A stretch of 25,666 nt of DNA from a candidate division WOR-3 bacterium (GTDB lineage Bacteria > Hydrothermota > Hydrothermia > LBFQ01 > DSFT01), in NCBI GenBank assembly GCA_965649115.1, contig CBFGJN010000023.1, forward strand, positions 1-25,666, in the 5' to 3' direction. Shown here piece after piece: positions 1 to 8,412 of the stretch (its first letter is position 1; each line of letters begins with the position of its first letter). The notes beneath the pieces are model-generated. The model searched no databases. It was given only the letters and a program-made list of their open reading frames with translations, and was not told the origin of the DNA. The position numbers and the translations under genes are program-made.

Positions 1-112
1 GGGCGAAGCCCCCCATAACCGAAGATTGGGCATTTTTAAGCCGAAGGCTTATTCATAGGGTGGGTGGGAAAAATAAGAAATAATGATATTTTCAGAATTA
101 CTAGACAAGGCA
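1..112 (+). mobile_element. MITE-like repeat, right half (cut by window edge)
   Basis: GGGCGAAGCCC hairpin, TAAGCCGAAGGCTTA hairpin and AGGGTGGGTGGGAAAA, ending AATTACTAGACAAGGCA at 112; followed by 9 bp (GGATTGCTT) and the next copy. Confidence 0.85.
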
Positions 113-121
113 GGATTGCTT

Positions 122-327
122 TGCTTTGTCCAATAAATAATGTTAAGTCCCTGATAATCAATAACCTATGAAAATTTTAAGAAAATTGTAGATTTTACGG
201 GGGGTTTTAATGGGGGGCTCCGCCCCCCATAACCGAAATATGGGCATTTTTAAGCCGAAGGCTTATATTTAGGGTGGGCGGGGAAAACATAATAAAATAA
301 ATACTTTCAGAATTATTGGACACAGCA
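122..327 (+). mobile_element. Full-length 206-bp MITE-like element
   Basis: Starts TGCTTTGTCCAATAA and ends TTATTGGACACAGCA (imperfect TIR). Same 206-bp length and module order as the copy at 18539-18744. No ORF. Confidence 0.88.
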
Positions 328-372
328 GCAGGCTTATTGGTGGAAAATTGAAGAAACAAAGTTCTCAATGCC

Positions 373-617
373 GAATTATTAGACACAGAAACTTATAGAA
401 GTTTTAAGAAAATTGTTGATTTATAAGGGGATTTTAAGGGGGCGAAGCTCCTTAAAACAAAAGAGGTGAGTATTTGTAAGCCGAAAGCTTATTATTAGGG
501 TGAATGGGAAAAATAAGAAAAATAAAAACTTTTAGAATTACTGAACACATCAATAATTTCCATAAAGTTTCATAAATTAATGCTTTGTCTAATAAATGAT
601 GTTGTAAAAACACATCA
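373..617 (+). repeat. Degenerate MITE fragments
   Basis: Right-end remnant GAATTATTAGACACAG at 373; internal modules to a decayed end CTGAACACATCA at 552; left end TGCTTTGTCTAATAA at 581; possible collapsed right end AAACACATCA at 617. Confidence 0.7.
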
Positions 618-625
618 AAACTTTT

Positions 626-636
626 TCCTTTAAAAT
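626..636 (+). promoter_or_regulatory. Putative -10 box (CCTT-TAAAAT) of a leaderless/short-leader transcript
   Basis: TAAAAT at 631-636, 11 nt before ATG 648, no SD; the same motif precedes other operon-first genes. Confidence 0.6.
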
Positions 637-647
637 TTTCATTAATT

Positions 648-1340
648 ATGAAAGAAGTACAAATTTTATTTGATAAGCAATATAAGCTTAATGGTAAAAA
701 TCTACCTAAAACTTGGCTTTATGAAAATTATATTGAAAACTTTTATTTAATAAATATAATTAACTCTATAAAACCAAAACTAATACTTGATGCTGGATGT
801 GGAGTTGGTCTAAAACTTGAAAATCTAAGAAATTACAATGTTATTGGATTTGATTATTCGTTTGAAGCCGTAAAAATCTGTAAGAATGATAAATTCAAAG
901 TTGTTCAAGCAAGTATTCACCAAATTCCCTTCAAAAATGAAACATTTGATTTTGTATTTTCTTTTCAAGTTATCCAACATCTCCCAAGTTGGGATTATAT
1001 CAGCTTATCATTTAAGGAAATTTCAAGAGTTTTAAAAAAGAAAGGATATTTCTTAACAATAAATTATAGACTTGGTGGAAGACTAAAAGAAAAATATATG
1101 CCTATTAAAGAAGATGATAAAACATTACATAGATGGGCATTTGATTTTAAAGATTATGAAGAGCTAGCAAAAGAAAATCATTTAGAAGTTATAAAAATTG
1201 GAACAATTTTAAATTTAAAACCAAAGGGTATTGGAAAATTTCCATTTTTAAAGAAATTTTATCAGTTTGCTGATTATCAAATGTTTAAACTTGGTTATAA
1301 GAGTGGCCTTTATTTAGTCGGATTATTTAGAAAGATATAA
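648..1340 (+). CDS. Class I SAM-dependent methyltransferase (Methyltransf_11-like)
   Basis: ILDAGCGVG motif I, GFDYS, IPFKNETFDFV, QVIQH, EISRVLKKKG. Confidence 0.85.
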   Translation: MKEVQILFDKQYKLNGKNLPKTWLYENYIENFYLINIINSIKPKLILDAGCGVGLKLENLRNYNVIGFDYSFEAVKICKNDKFKVVQASIHQIPFKNETFDFVFSFQVIQHLPSWDYISLSFKEISRVLKKKGYFLTINYRLGGRLKEKYMPIKEDDKTLHRWAFDFKDYEELAKENHLEVIKIGTILNLKPKGIGKFPFLKKFYQFADYQMFKLGYKSGLYLVGLFRKI

Positions 1341-1419
1341 AAAAATTTTCTGAAACTTTACTCACCATAATGGATACAGAATAAATTAACTGCAAAATTA
1401 TTAAGGAAAGCTTTGTAGG

Positions 1420-1743
1420 TAAGAAAATAAATAAAGACTTTCAGAATTATTAGACATAGCAAAAATAAATTGCTTTGTCCAAAAATTATTGTTAAGTTAT
1501 TGATTATCAAGGACCTATAAAAATTTTATTAGAATTATTTATTTAAGGGGAGCAAAGCCTCCCATAGCCGAAATAAGGAAATTATAATTTTAGTGTTAAG
1601 ACCTACTTTATTAGATTATGGATTTTATTGGGGGGATCCAAGAAACAAAACCTCTCCCATAGCAAAAGATGGGGATTTATAAGGCGAAGCCTTATATTAA
1701 GGGTGGGTGGGGAAAATAAGAAATAATTATATTTTTAGAACAC
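1420..1743 (+). mobile_element. Tandem MITE remnants with a right end-9 bp-left end junction
   Basis: TAGACATAGCA (ends 1461), AAAATAAAT, then TGCTTTGTCC (1471); IHF-type site 1493-1505; TAAGGCGAAGCCTTA and GGGTGGGTGGGG near 1680-1712. Confidence 0.8.
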
Positions 1744-1751
1744 AAACTTAA

Positions 1752-2735
1752 TTAACTAATTTCTAATTTTTTCTTTAATTCTTCTATCCTCGGAATAGAA
1801 TATGGGTCTTCATTATAAAACTTTGAAAGATAATAACTAACATAATCTCCAAGTAAAACTAAATAAAGCATCCTATGTAAAAACGTCTCTCCTTTTCCTT
1901 GTAAAATTGTTATGCCAAGCACACTATCCTTTATTATTTCTGAAACGATCTCAATTCTTTTTTTTATTCTTTCATTATCTTCATTATCAAACATAAAAAC
2001 AATCCAACATTTACTAATTATATCTTTTGGATTTTTTAGGCCATTTATTTCATTATGATTCATCTCTGGGATAACATTTATATGACAAAAACTTTTGGCA
2101 TTCTCATTAATTTGAGTTTGCCACCTATAAGCTACTGAAAATAATCTTTGTGATGAATAAATTATAGGAATTCTTAAATAAAATTTATTTGCAATTTCAA
2201 AAGCTATGGATGAAGTACTATCAAATTCCTTTATAGATTTATCTAATAACTCTAAACTTTCTTTTAATTCCCTTGAAACTTGAATAATACCATTTCTTTC
2301 AAGATTTAATAATATACTTGAAAAAATATAACCAATAGCACCTCTTGGAGGGAGACCTTTTGGTATTAAAACAACAGGAACTTCATACTTCTCAGCCAAT
2401 TCTTTCAATTTTCCTCCACTTGTAATAACAATAATTTTTGAACCATTTTTAAAGGCATTTTCAAATGCTGATATTGTTTCTTCCGTATTTCCTGAATAAC
2501 TAACAACAAAAACTAAACTTGTAGAATTAACATATTCTGGAACTTTATAATCTCTTATTACTTCAACGGGTAATGAACTGTAATATAAATAACTTTTTAA
2601 AAAATCTCCTGCAATAGCTGAACCTCCCATTCCACAAATTACAATTCTATCAATAATAGCCATATCCAATTTATAAGTTGGAAATTCAAAACTTTCTTTT
2701 ATTTGCTTTGGGAAATTTCTAATAATTTCAATCAT
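1752..2735 (-). CDS. Bifunctional phosphoglucose/phosphomannose isomerase (SIS + PGI/PMI C-terminal domain)
   Basis: GMGGSAIAGD, SYSGNTEET, ITSGGKL, PPRGA, RWQTQINENAK, PEMNHNEI. Confidence 0.93.
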   Translation of the reverse strand: MIEIIRNFPKQIKESFEFPTYKLDMAIIDRIVICGMGGSAIAGDFLKSYLYYSSLPVEVIRDYKVPEYVNSTSLVFVVSYSGNTEETISAFENAFKNGSKIIVITSGGKLKELAEKYEVPVVLIPKGLPPRGAIGYIFSSILLNLERNGIIQVSRELKESLELLDKSIKEFDSTSSIAFEIANKFYLRIPIIYSSQRLFSVAYRWQTQINENAKSFCHINVIPEMNHNEINGLKNPKDIISKCWIVFMFDNEDNERIKKRIEIVSEIIKDSVLGITILQGKGETFLHRMLYLVLLGDYVSYYLSKFYNEDPYSIPRIEELKKKLEIS

Positions 2736-2776
2736 GTTAAGTTTTAAAATTTTAAAGGTTATTTATTAAGAATTTA

Positions 2777-2866
2777 TACCTTGTCTAATAATCCTTTCCC
2801 ACCACCCTATAATTAAGCCTATTTGCTTTAATGCCCATTCTTATACCTTGGATTGATAATCAATTA
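2777..2866 (-). repeat. Degenerate MITE copy upstream of pgi/pmi
   Basis: TACCTTGTCTAATAAT end, TTTCCCACCACCCT, TAAGCC..GCTTTA, ATGCCCA, ATTGATAATCAAT. Confidence 0.7.
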
Positions 2867-2873
2867 CTTAATA

Positions 2874-3881
2874 CTATTTATCGGACAACTTTGATTTAAA
2901 ATTCAACTTGTAAAAACCTATAAATTTTTTTGTAATTCCAATAGCATAGTAATTTTCATCAATTTTAAAAATTTTTATAAAATCTTCAACCTCACTATCA
3001 GAATGATCATAAATTAAATTTCCATCACTATAATTAAAAACCTTAATAACACCTCTTTTTTCACCTTCTCTCACTGAATATCCACAAGAGAAAATTTTTC
3101 CATCATCAATAAAGGCATATCTAATAGTTTCGTCAAGATAATAAACACCCAAAATTCTTGGATTATAAATCCAAATATCTTCTCCCATTAAATCTTTTAA
3201 ATTAACATAAAATGTTCTTTGAGACTGACCATAAATTAAAATTGTTCTATCACTTAAGTTTAAAATGACATCCGAAATAATAATTTTCGTAGAAATTTTA
3301 TTGTACCACCTTAAATTTTTATTTTCAAAGAAATAAATGTAGAAATTCCTTTTTGAAAAACCTGCTATTATATAGTAAAAACTATCAGACTTTCCAAAAT
3401 ATGGAATAAATCCTTCAAAGTTTCTTATTATTATGCTATCCATATTTTTTATTGAAATAATTAAAACTTTCTTTGAAATAGTGTCGCTATTGGTTATAAA
3501 CTCGTTTATAACATTATACCTTCCATCAATTTCAAAAACTTTAATTAGATTTGTATCTAAAATATCTAAATTACCCGAATTTGAAACGACTATTTTACTA
3601 TCCTTACAAGCCAAATTACTAAAATTCCCCTTAACTAATAAAACAACTTTATTTTTCAAATAATCGTACTTAATAATTCCTTCATCTGTAAGAATGTATA
3701 AATTTTTTGAAATTTTACAAGCACTACTAACTTGTGACTTCAATTTATAACTATAAATTCTTTTATTTATATTTAAGTTATATGCTTCTACTCTATTTCC
3801 TACAAAATAGATTTTATCATCTTCAGCAAAAGAAAAAAATGGATAAAATTCAAGTTTAAACAAGAGAGATAACTCAATCAA
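2874..3881 (-). CDS. Hypothetical protein, probably exported and beta-propeller-like
   Basis: 335-aa ORF with TTG start, short hydrophobic N-terminus and beta-strand-rich pattern (KIFSCGYS..GVIKVFNYSDG); family not recognised. Confidence 0.6.
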   Translation of the reverse strand: MIELSLLFKLEFYPFFSFAEDDKIYFVGNRVEAYNLNINKRIYSYKLKSQVSSACKISKNLYILTDEGIIKYDYLKNKVVLLVKGNFSNLACKDSKIVVSNSGNLDILDTNLIKVFEIDGRYNVINEFITNSDTISKKVLIISIKNMDSIIIRNFEGFIPYFGKSDSFYYIIAGFSKRNFYIYFFENKNLRWYNKISTKIIISDVILNLSDRTILIYGQSQRTFYVNLKDLMGEDIWIYNPRILGVYYLDETIRYAFIDDGKIFSCGYSVREGEKRGVIKVFNYSDGNLIYDHSDSEVEDFIKIFKIDENYYAIGITKKFIGFYKLNFKSKLSDK

Positions 3882-3919
3882 GTTAATTGAAATTTTAAGG
3901 TATCAACGCTCAGTGTATC

Positions 3920-4130
3920 TGCTGTGTATAATAATTCTAAAAATACAATTATTTCTATGTTTTCCCACCCACCCCGAAAATAAGGCGGAGCCTTATAAGT
4001 ACCCCATCTTTTGCCATCAGGGGGCAGAGCCCCCCAATTAAACCCCTCAATTTTCGTAAGTAGATGTGCTGTGTCTAATAACTCTGAAATTATTTTTTTC
4101 CACCCACTCTATTTTCATTAGGGGGCTATT
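3920..4130 (-). mobile_element. Two tandem partial MITE copies
   Basis: Right ends TGCTGTGTATAATAATTCT (3920) and TGCTGTGTCTAATAACTCT (4067); TTTCCCACCCACCC, TAAGGCGGAGCCTTA, GGGGGCAGAGCCCCC. Confidence 0.8.
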
Positions 4131-4154
4131 TTCGTTTAAGAAATAAATCTTCCG

Positions 4155-6389
4155 CTACCAAACGAAAAATTCCTCCCTGTCAAATCTCTTAAATCCATAA
4201 TCTAGGTCATAAAAATTATTCAAATTTTCAAAACTAATCCTTGGAAATGGTTCTAAATCAAATGAAACAAAGTCCTTTGGAATTGATAATAAATAATTGT
4301 AAAAGCTTTGCCTTAATCCCAAAAATTTTTTATATCTTTCTCTAAAATCCTTAATTTTCAAAATTTCCAAAAATTCTTCATAAACATTCTTTGCTTCCTC
4401 ATCAACTTCAACAAAAACATCAATAAAATTTGGAATTTCTTTAATAATTTTAAATTCTTTTATTTTTTTAAAATCAAAGCACTTCAAACCTTTCAAAACT
4501 TCACTATCTAAATTCTTTCTTTTTATTACATCCTTATAAAATTCATCAATCATATTGTAAAATTCTCTCTCCTCAATAAACTTCATATCTTTTAGTAATT
4601 TTTCACTAATTTCCGTTAAAACAGAACCATAAATTATTGAAGATAAAATTCTATTTTCTCTTATTATTTTGAATATATAAACATCTGATAATTCCCTTTT
4701 AAAATTTCTATTACATCTTCCACAAACTTGAACAATACTATCAAATGGTCCTAAATCTCTATAAGCAACTTCAAAATCCAAATCAACACCTGCTTCAACA
4801 ACTTGTGTAGAAACCAAAATTATCTTCTCATTATTTTTTAAATCATTTTTAATTTTTTCTATTCTTTCCTTCCTATGCTTTGGAACGATGTTTGTAGATA
4901 AATAGAATATCTTAAAATTTTTTATTTCTTTTCTTAATTCTTTATACAATTCAACTGAACTTCTAATAGTATTCAAAACAATAAGGTGAGAATTATGTTT
5001 TTCTAAATTCTCCAATAAAAAATCCCTTAAATTTTCCAAACTATTAATTTCAAGTTTATTAACAATTCTTGTTCTATTTAAAATGTACTTTGATTTATTT
5101 GTTAAAATTTCAAAGCAATTGTCAAAAATAACAGGTTTTGTAGCAGTTGAAATAATGACATAACAACCCATTTTTTCAACAAGAACATTTAAAACATTCT
5201 TAATCAAATCCCAATATTTAACATCTATATTTTGAACTTCATCAAGAATGATAATTGAGCCTGCTATATTATGAAACTTTTTTATAAAGCTATTTTTATA
5301 AGCAATAATTGAATATAAAAGCTGAACAAATGTAGTAATTATTATTTCACTATTCCAAGAGGAAATAAGCATAAGACTTTCTTCAACACTCTTTTCTTCA
5401 TCTGTTTTGTATTCAATTTCAGAAAGATGATGATGTTTTAAAAGATATTCACTTTTATATTTTTCATAATCAGAAATTTCACTTTTTAAGACATTCTCAA
5501 AAACTTCATAAGTTTGCTCAATAATGCTTAAAAATGGTAAAGAATAAATAATTCTGGGTTTATATTTTCTATTTAATTTTTCTCTTATTTTTAGTGCTAA
5601 GGATAAATTTATAAGTGTTTTTCCAAGACCAGTTGGAGCATTAACAGAAATAATTTTTGGAATTTCTTTCAAATTTTCAAAATTTTTTAAAATTTCTTCA
5701 TAAAGTTCATTTCTTATATTATTTTCCTTAAAATGCTTTTTTCTATATTCATCAATAATATTTGAATTTATATGTCTTCTTCTTCTGAAATCTAAATTAA
5801 TAGCTGATTTCTTATCACAATCTATCAAAAGTGAAAATGTGTATGTAAGCTTAAAGTAATTTTCAATGTTTTCATTATTTTCATATTCGTAATTTAGTTT
5901 TCTTAATTGCCTTAAAACGATGTTATTTTTATCTGAAAAATCTAATTTTAAAAATTCAGTTATATCAAAATTTAACTCGCCTGAAATAACATCTTTATTC
6001 TTTTTTAAGTCTTCAATTTGCTCCTTCAAAACAGTATCCTCATAATTAAAATTACTTAAATCACCATGATGATGCCTTATTGCCAAATAACCGATAAGTG
6101 ATAGATTTTCCAATTTCTCCCTAATAAGCCAATAGGCACAAAATAAAGCAGAAATTAAACTATGTTTTGTTAAATTACTTCTCTGCCCATTTTTTAAATA
6201 GTTTTGAAAGAATGTTGTGTATTTTCCAAAATCATGAGATTTTCCAACAATTTCAAAAAATTTTTCATTTAAATCTAATTTTATGAATTCTTTTTGCTCT
6301 TTATAAATTTTCTTCATCCAACTTCCTACTTCATTCAAATGTTCAATTAATTTTTTGTTTGGATGAGAATAGAATTTCATTTCATCCAT
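4155..6389 (-). CDS. cas3: CRISPR-associated helicase/nuclease Cas3 (HD + SF2 helicase)
   Basis: SHP..L..HL, HDFGK, HHHG, DCDK HD motifs; APTGLGKT, LDEVQ, STAT, STQVVEAGVDLDF, QVCGRCNR. Confidence 0.95.
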   Translation of the reverse strand: MDEMKFYSHPNKKLIEHLNEVGSWMKKIYKEQKEFIKLDLNEKFFEIVGKSHDFGKYTTFFQNYLKNGQRSNLTKHSLISALFCAYWLIREKLENLSLIGYLAIRHHHGDLSNFNYEDTVLKEQIEDLKKNKDVISGELNFDITEFLKLDFSDKNNIVLRQLRKLNYEYENNENIENYFKLTYTFSLLIDCDKKSAINLDFRRRRHINSNIIDEYRKKHFKENNIRNELYEEILKNFENLKEIPKIISVNAPTGLGKTLINLSLALKIREKLNRKYKPRIIYSLPFLSIIEQTYEVFENVLKSEISDYEKYKSEYLLKHHHLSEIEYKTDEEKSVEESLMLISSWNSEIIITTFVQLLYSIIAYKNSFIKKFHNIAGSIIILDEVQNIDVKYWDLIKNVLNVLVEKMGCYVIISTATKPVIFDNCFEILTNKSKYILNRTRIVNKLEINSLENLRDFLLENLEKHNSHLIVLNTIRSSVELYKELRKEIKNFKIFYLSTNIVPKHRKERIEKIKNDLKNNEKIILVSTQVVEAGVDLDFEVAYRDLGPFDSIVQVCGRCNRNFKRELSDVYIFKIIRENRILSSIIYGSVLTEISEKLLKDMKFIEEREFYNMIDEFYKDVIKRKNLDSEVLKGLKCFDFKKIKEFKIIKEIPNFIDVFVEVDEEAKNVYEEFLEILKIKDFRERYKKFLGLRQSFYNYLLSIPKDFVSFDLEPFPRISFENLNNFYDLDYGFKRFDREEFFVW

Positions 6390-7144
6390 AAAATAAATTT
6401 ATTTTCACATTTTATTGCTTCAATCTCTTGTTTCAATTTTATAGGTTTTCCAAGTGGATTAACAATAAAATCATTTGTTCTTTTAATTTTTCTTATGTTT
6501 CCATCCATTAAAAAATCAACTGGCATCTTGTCTAAAATGAGAAAATCATTTTCAGAAATATCAATATAATCATAATAATCGTATGGAATTACTGAATGAA
6601 TAATATCGGTTTTTTCTTTAATTTCTTCAAACTTTTTTGGATTTTCAATAAATGCTAAAAATTCACTAATTCCAAGATATGGAGCGTACTTTATTTGATT
6701 ACTTTCTAAAATTTTCCAAAGCTCTTCTTCAATTTTAGAATTATTTTTAAAATTCAAATATATTCTATAACTTAAAAATTCATGATTTATTGGCATTAAA
6801 ACTTCTATTGATGTAGGATAATCTTCAACACCTCTTAAAAATTTTCTTAAAAATTTTTCAATACTTAAATCACCTTTCTTCGTTATACCTAAATCATCTT
6901 TCTCCGTTCGGTAATACTTTACCGTAAAAATGGATTTCTTAATAGGAGTTAGAATTTCAATTGAAATATCTAAATTTTCACTTGAAAAAATTTCATAATA
7001 ACTATCTCTTTCCATTCCAAGAATTCCCGCAATAATACCAATAATTGTTGTTCTTGGTGGAAAGTAATAACTTAATGAACTTGCATTTGTATAGAAAGGT
7101 CTAAAATGAGCAAATTTACCCTTAATTTCAAATGAAATTAACAT
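6377..7144 (-). CDS. cas5: Type I-B Cas5
   Basis: N-terminal GKFAHFR..SLSYYFPPRTTIIGIIAGILG and PYLGISEF; lies between cas7 and cas3. Confidence 0.92.
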   Translation of the reverse strand: MLISFEIKGKFAHFRPFYTNASSLSYYFPPRTTIIGIIAGILGMERDSYYEIFSSENLDISIEILTPIKKSIFTVKYYRTEKDDLGITKKGDLSIEKFLRKFLRGVEDYPTSIEVLMPINHEFLSYRIYLNFKNNSKIEEELWKILESNQIKYAPYLGISEFLAFIENPKKFEEIKEKTDIIHSVIPYDYYDYIDISENDFLILDKMPVDFLMDGNIRKIKRTNDFIVNPLGKPIKLKQEIEAIKCENKFILWMK

Positions 7145-8021
7145 TTGGGAACTTCTTTAAATTTTCATCTAAATACGAAACTTCATCACATCTCTTAACA
7201 ATAACTTTTGATATTTTATCTTTTATCTTATCTAAGGCATTCACAAGTTCATTTATATTAATTTTATAATCTTTAATGCTTTCAATAGCTTCCTTCTTAT
7301 CTATGCTTATAAACCTTCTTAAATCGCCTATTAAATAATCATCATTATATTCAATCCTTATATACAGAATTGGCATATGACCAATTTTGCTTCTTGTACT
7401 TGTTTCAAGGTTAATAGCAGGAAAAATTGATTCATCAAACAATTTAACATCATCTTCATTTAAATTTGTTTTTAAAGCCCAATACTTATTTATTCTTCCA
7501 TAAAACGCTATTAAAGAGTACTTTAACCTCCAATCCTTACCAATAGAACCACCTTCCTTTTTCTCACCTGCAAAATGACTTGTAATTGAAGGACTATCTA
7601 CAAACTCAACCATATTTAATGAATAACCCCAACTAAACTGAATAGGTCCTGTAAATTGAATTGATCTACCTTTATTTTTCTTATCAGAACCTCTAATTGG
7701 AATAGTAGCTCCGAAGAATTTTATATCTATGAATAATTTTGTAAGGTCATCTGGTGAAGGTTTCTTACCTAAGCTTTTTTCTACTTGTTCATATCTTTCA
7801 GTAGCATCAAGATAACTTCCATCATCTGCTTTCCTTATAAAAATATCCATATTTTTATGATGATATAAATAATCCCTTATGAATCTTTTTAGTCTAACAT
7901 CACTAACAAGATTGGTCATAGTTGAATAATCTATTCTTGGCTTATTCTCGTTATCAGGGTCTCCATTCGGATTACAAAGTTTTGCCTCATATAAAAGTAA
8001 AATCTCGCTATTCTTTATCAT
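7128..8021 (-). CDS. cas7: Type I-B Cas7 (Csh2/Cas7b)
   Basis: NPNGDPD..PRID, VSDVRLKRFIRDY, IDIKFFGAT, FTGPIQF, TRSKIG. Confidence 0.93.
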   Translation of the reverse strand: MIKNSEILLLYEAKLCNPNGDPDNENKPRIDYSTMTNLVSDVRLKRFIRDYLYHHKNMDIFIRKADDGSYLDATERYEQVEKSLGKKPSPDDLTKLFIDIKFFGATIPIRGSDKKNKGRSIQFTGPIQFSWGYSLNMVEFVDSPSITSHFAGEKKEGGSIGKDWRLKYSLIAFYGRINKYWALKTNLNEDDVKLFDESIFPAINLETSTRSKIGHMPILYIRIEYNDDYLIGDLRRFISIDKKEAIESIKDYKININELVNALDKIKDKISKVIVKRCDEVSYLDENLKKFPNVNFI

Positions 8022-8412
8022 CTTTTGAACCTCCTTCTTTTAGAATTTTATATGTTTCAAAAGCATAACCTGAAAGGATATAATATGTATTTTCATAACT
8101 TTTTAAATTCCAATTCTTAAAGTTTTTGTCAAACAACTGCTTACTTAATGAATAAATTACTTCATAATTTCCATATATTTCAAGTTGTTTCATTTTTTCA
8201 AGAACTTCATTATATAAATTTATTAACTTTTCTTTATCCATACCATTGAAATTTACTTTTTCAAGAATTGGCTTATATTTATAAGAATTATATTGAATTG
8301 AGCCTATTTTACCAATAACAACTCCAAGAAGGAAGAGCGCAGTTTCCATTTCGCCAAAAGAACAAGTTTTTATATACTCTATATAATCCTTTTCTAAAAC
8401 ATCTATATTCAT
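8008..8412 (-). CDS. cas11b: Putative Cas11b small subunit translated from an internal start in cas8b (134 aa)
   Basis: AGGAGGT at 8428-8422, 9 nt before an in-frame ATG at 8412; matches known internal translation of Cas11 from type I large-subunit genes. Confidence 0.72.
   Translation of the reverse strand: MNIDVLEKDYIEYIKTCSFGEMETALFLLGVVIGKIGSIQYNSYKYKPILEKVNFNGMDKEKLINLYNEVLEKMKQLEIYGNYEVIYSLSKQLFDKNFKNWNLKSYENTYYILSGYAFETYKILKEGGSKDDKE

Noticed and set aside
1..620. TIGR-type guide array suggested by the 9-nt spacers
   Set aside because: The unit is ~215 bp rather than ~36 nt, the 9-mer behaves as a TSD at 18530/18745, and no Nop-domain gene is adjacent
2853..2865. Fur or FNR box (ATTGATAATCAAT)
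   Set aside because: Spacing does not fit FNR (N4); the motif is a fixed MITE module that fits overlapping IHF sites better
3433..3663. 76-aa + ORF
   Set aside because: Antisense shadow within a longer minus-strand gene; no motif
3900..4150. CRISPR array or mini-array next to cas3 (also checked 9744-9935)
   Set aside because: The repeats are MITE modules; there are no ~30-37-nt identical repeats with unique spacers
6363..6569. 68-aa + ORF
   Set aside because: Antisense to cas5/cas3
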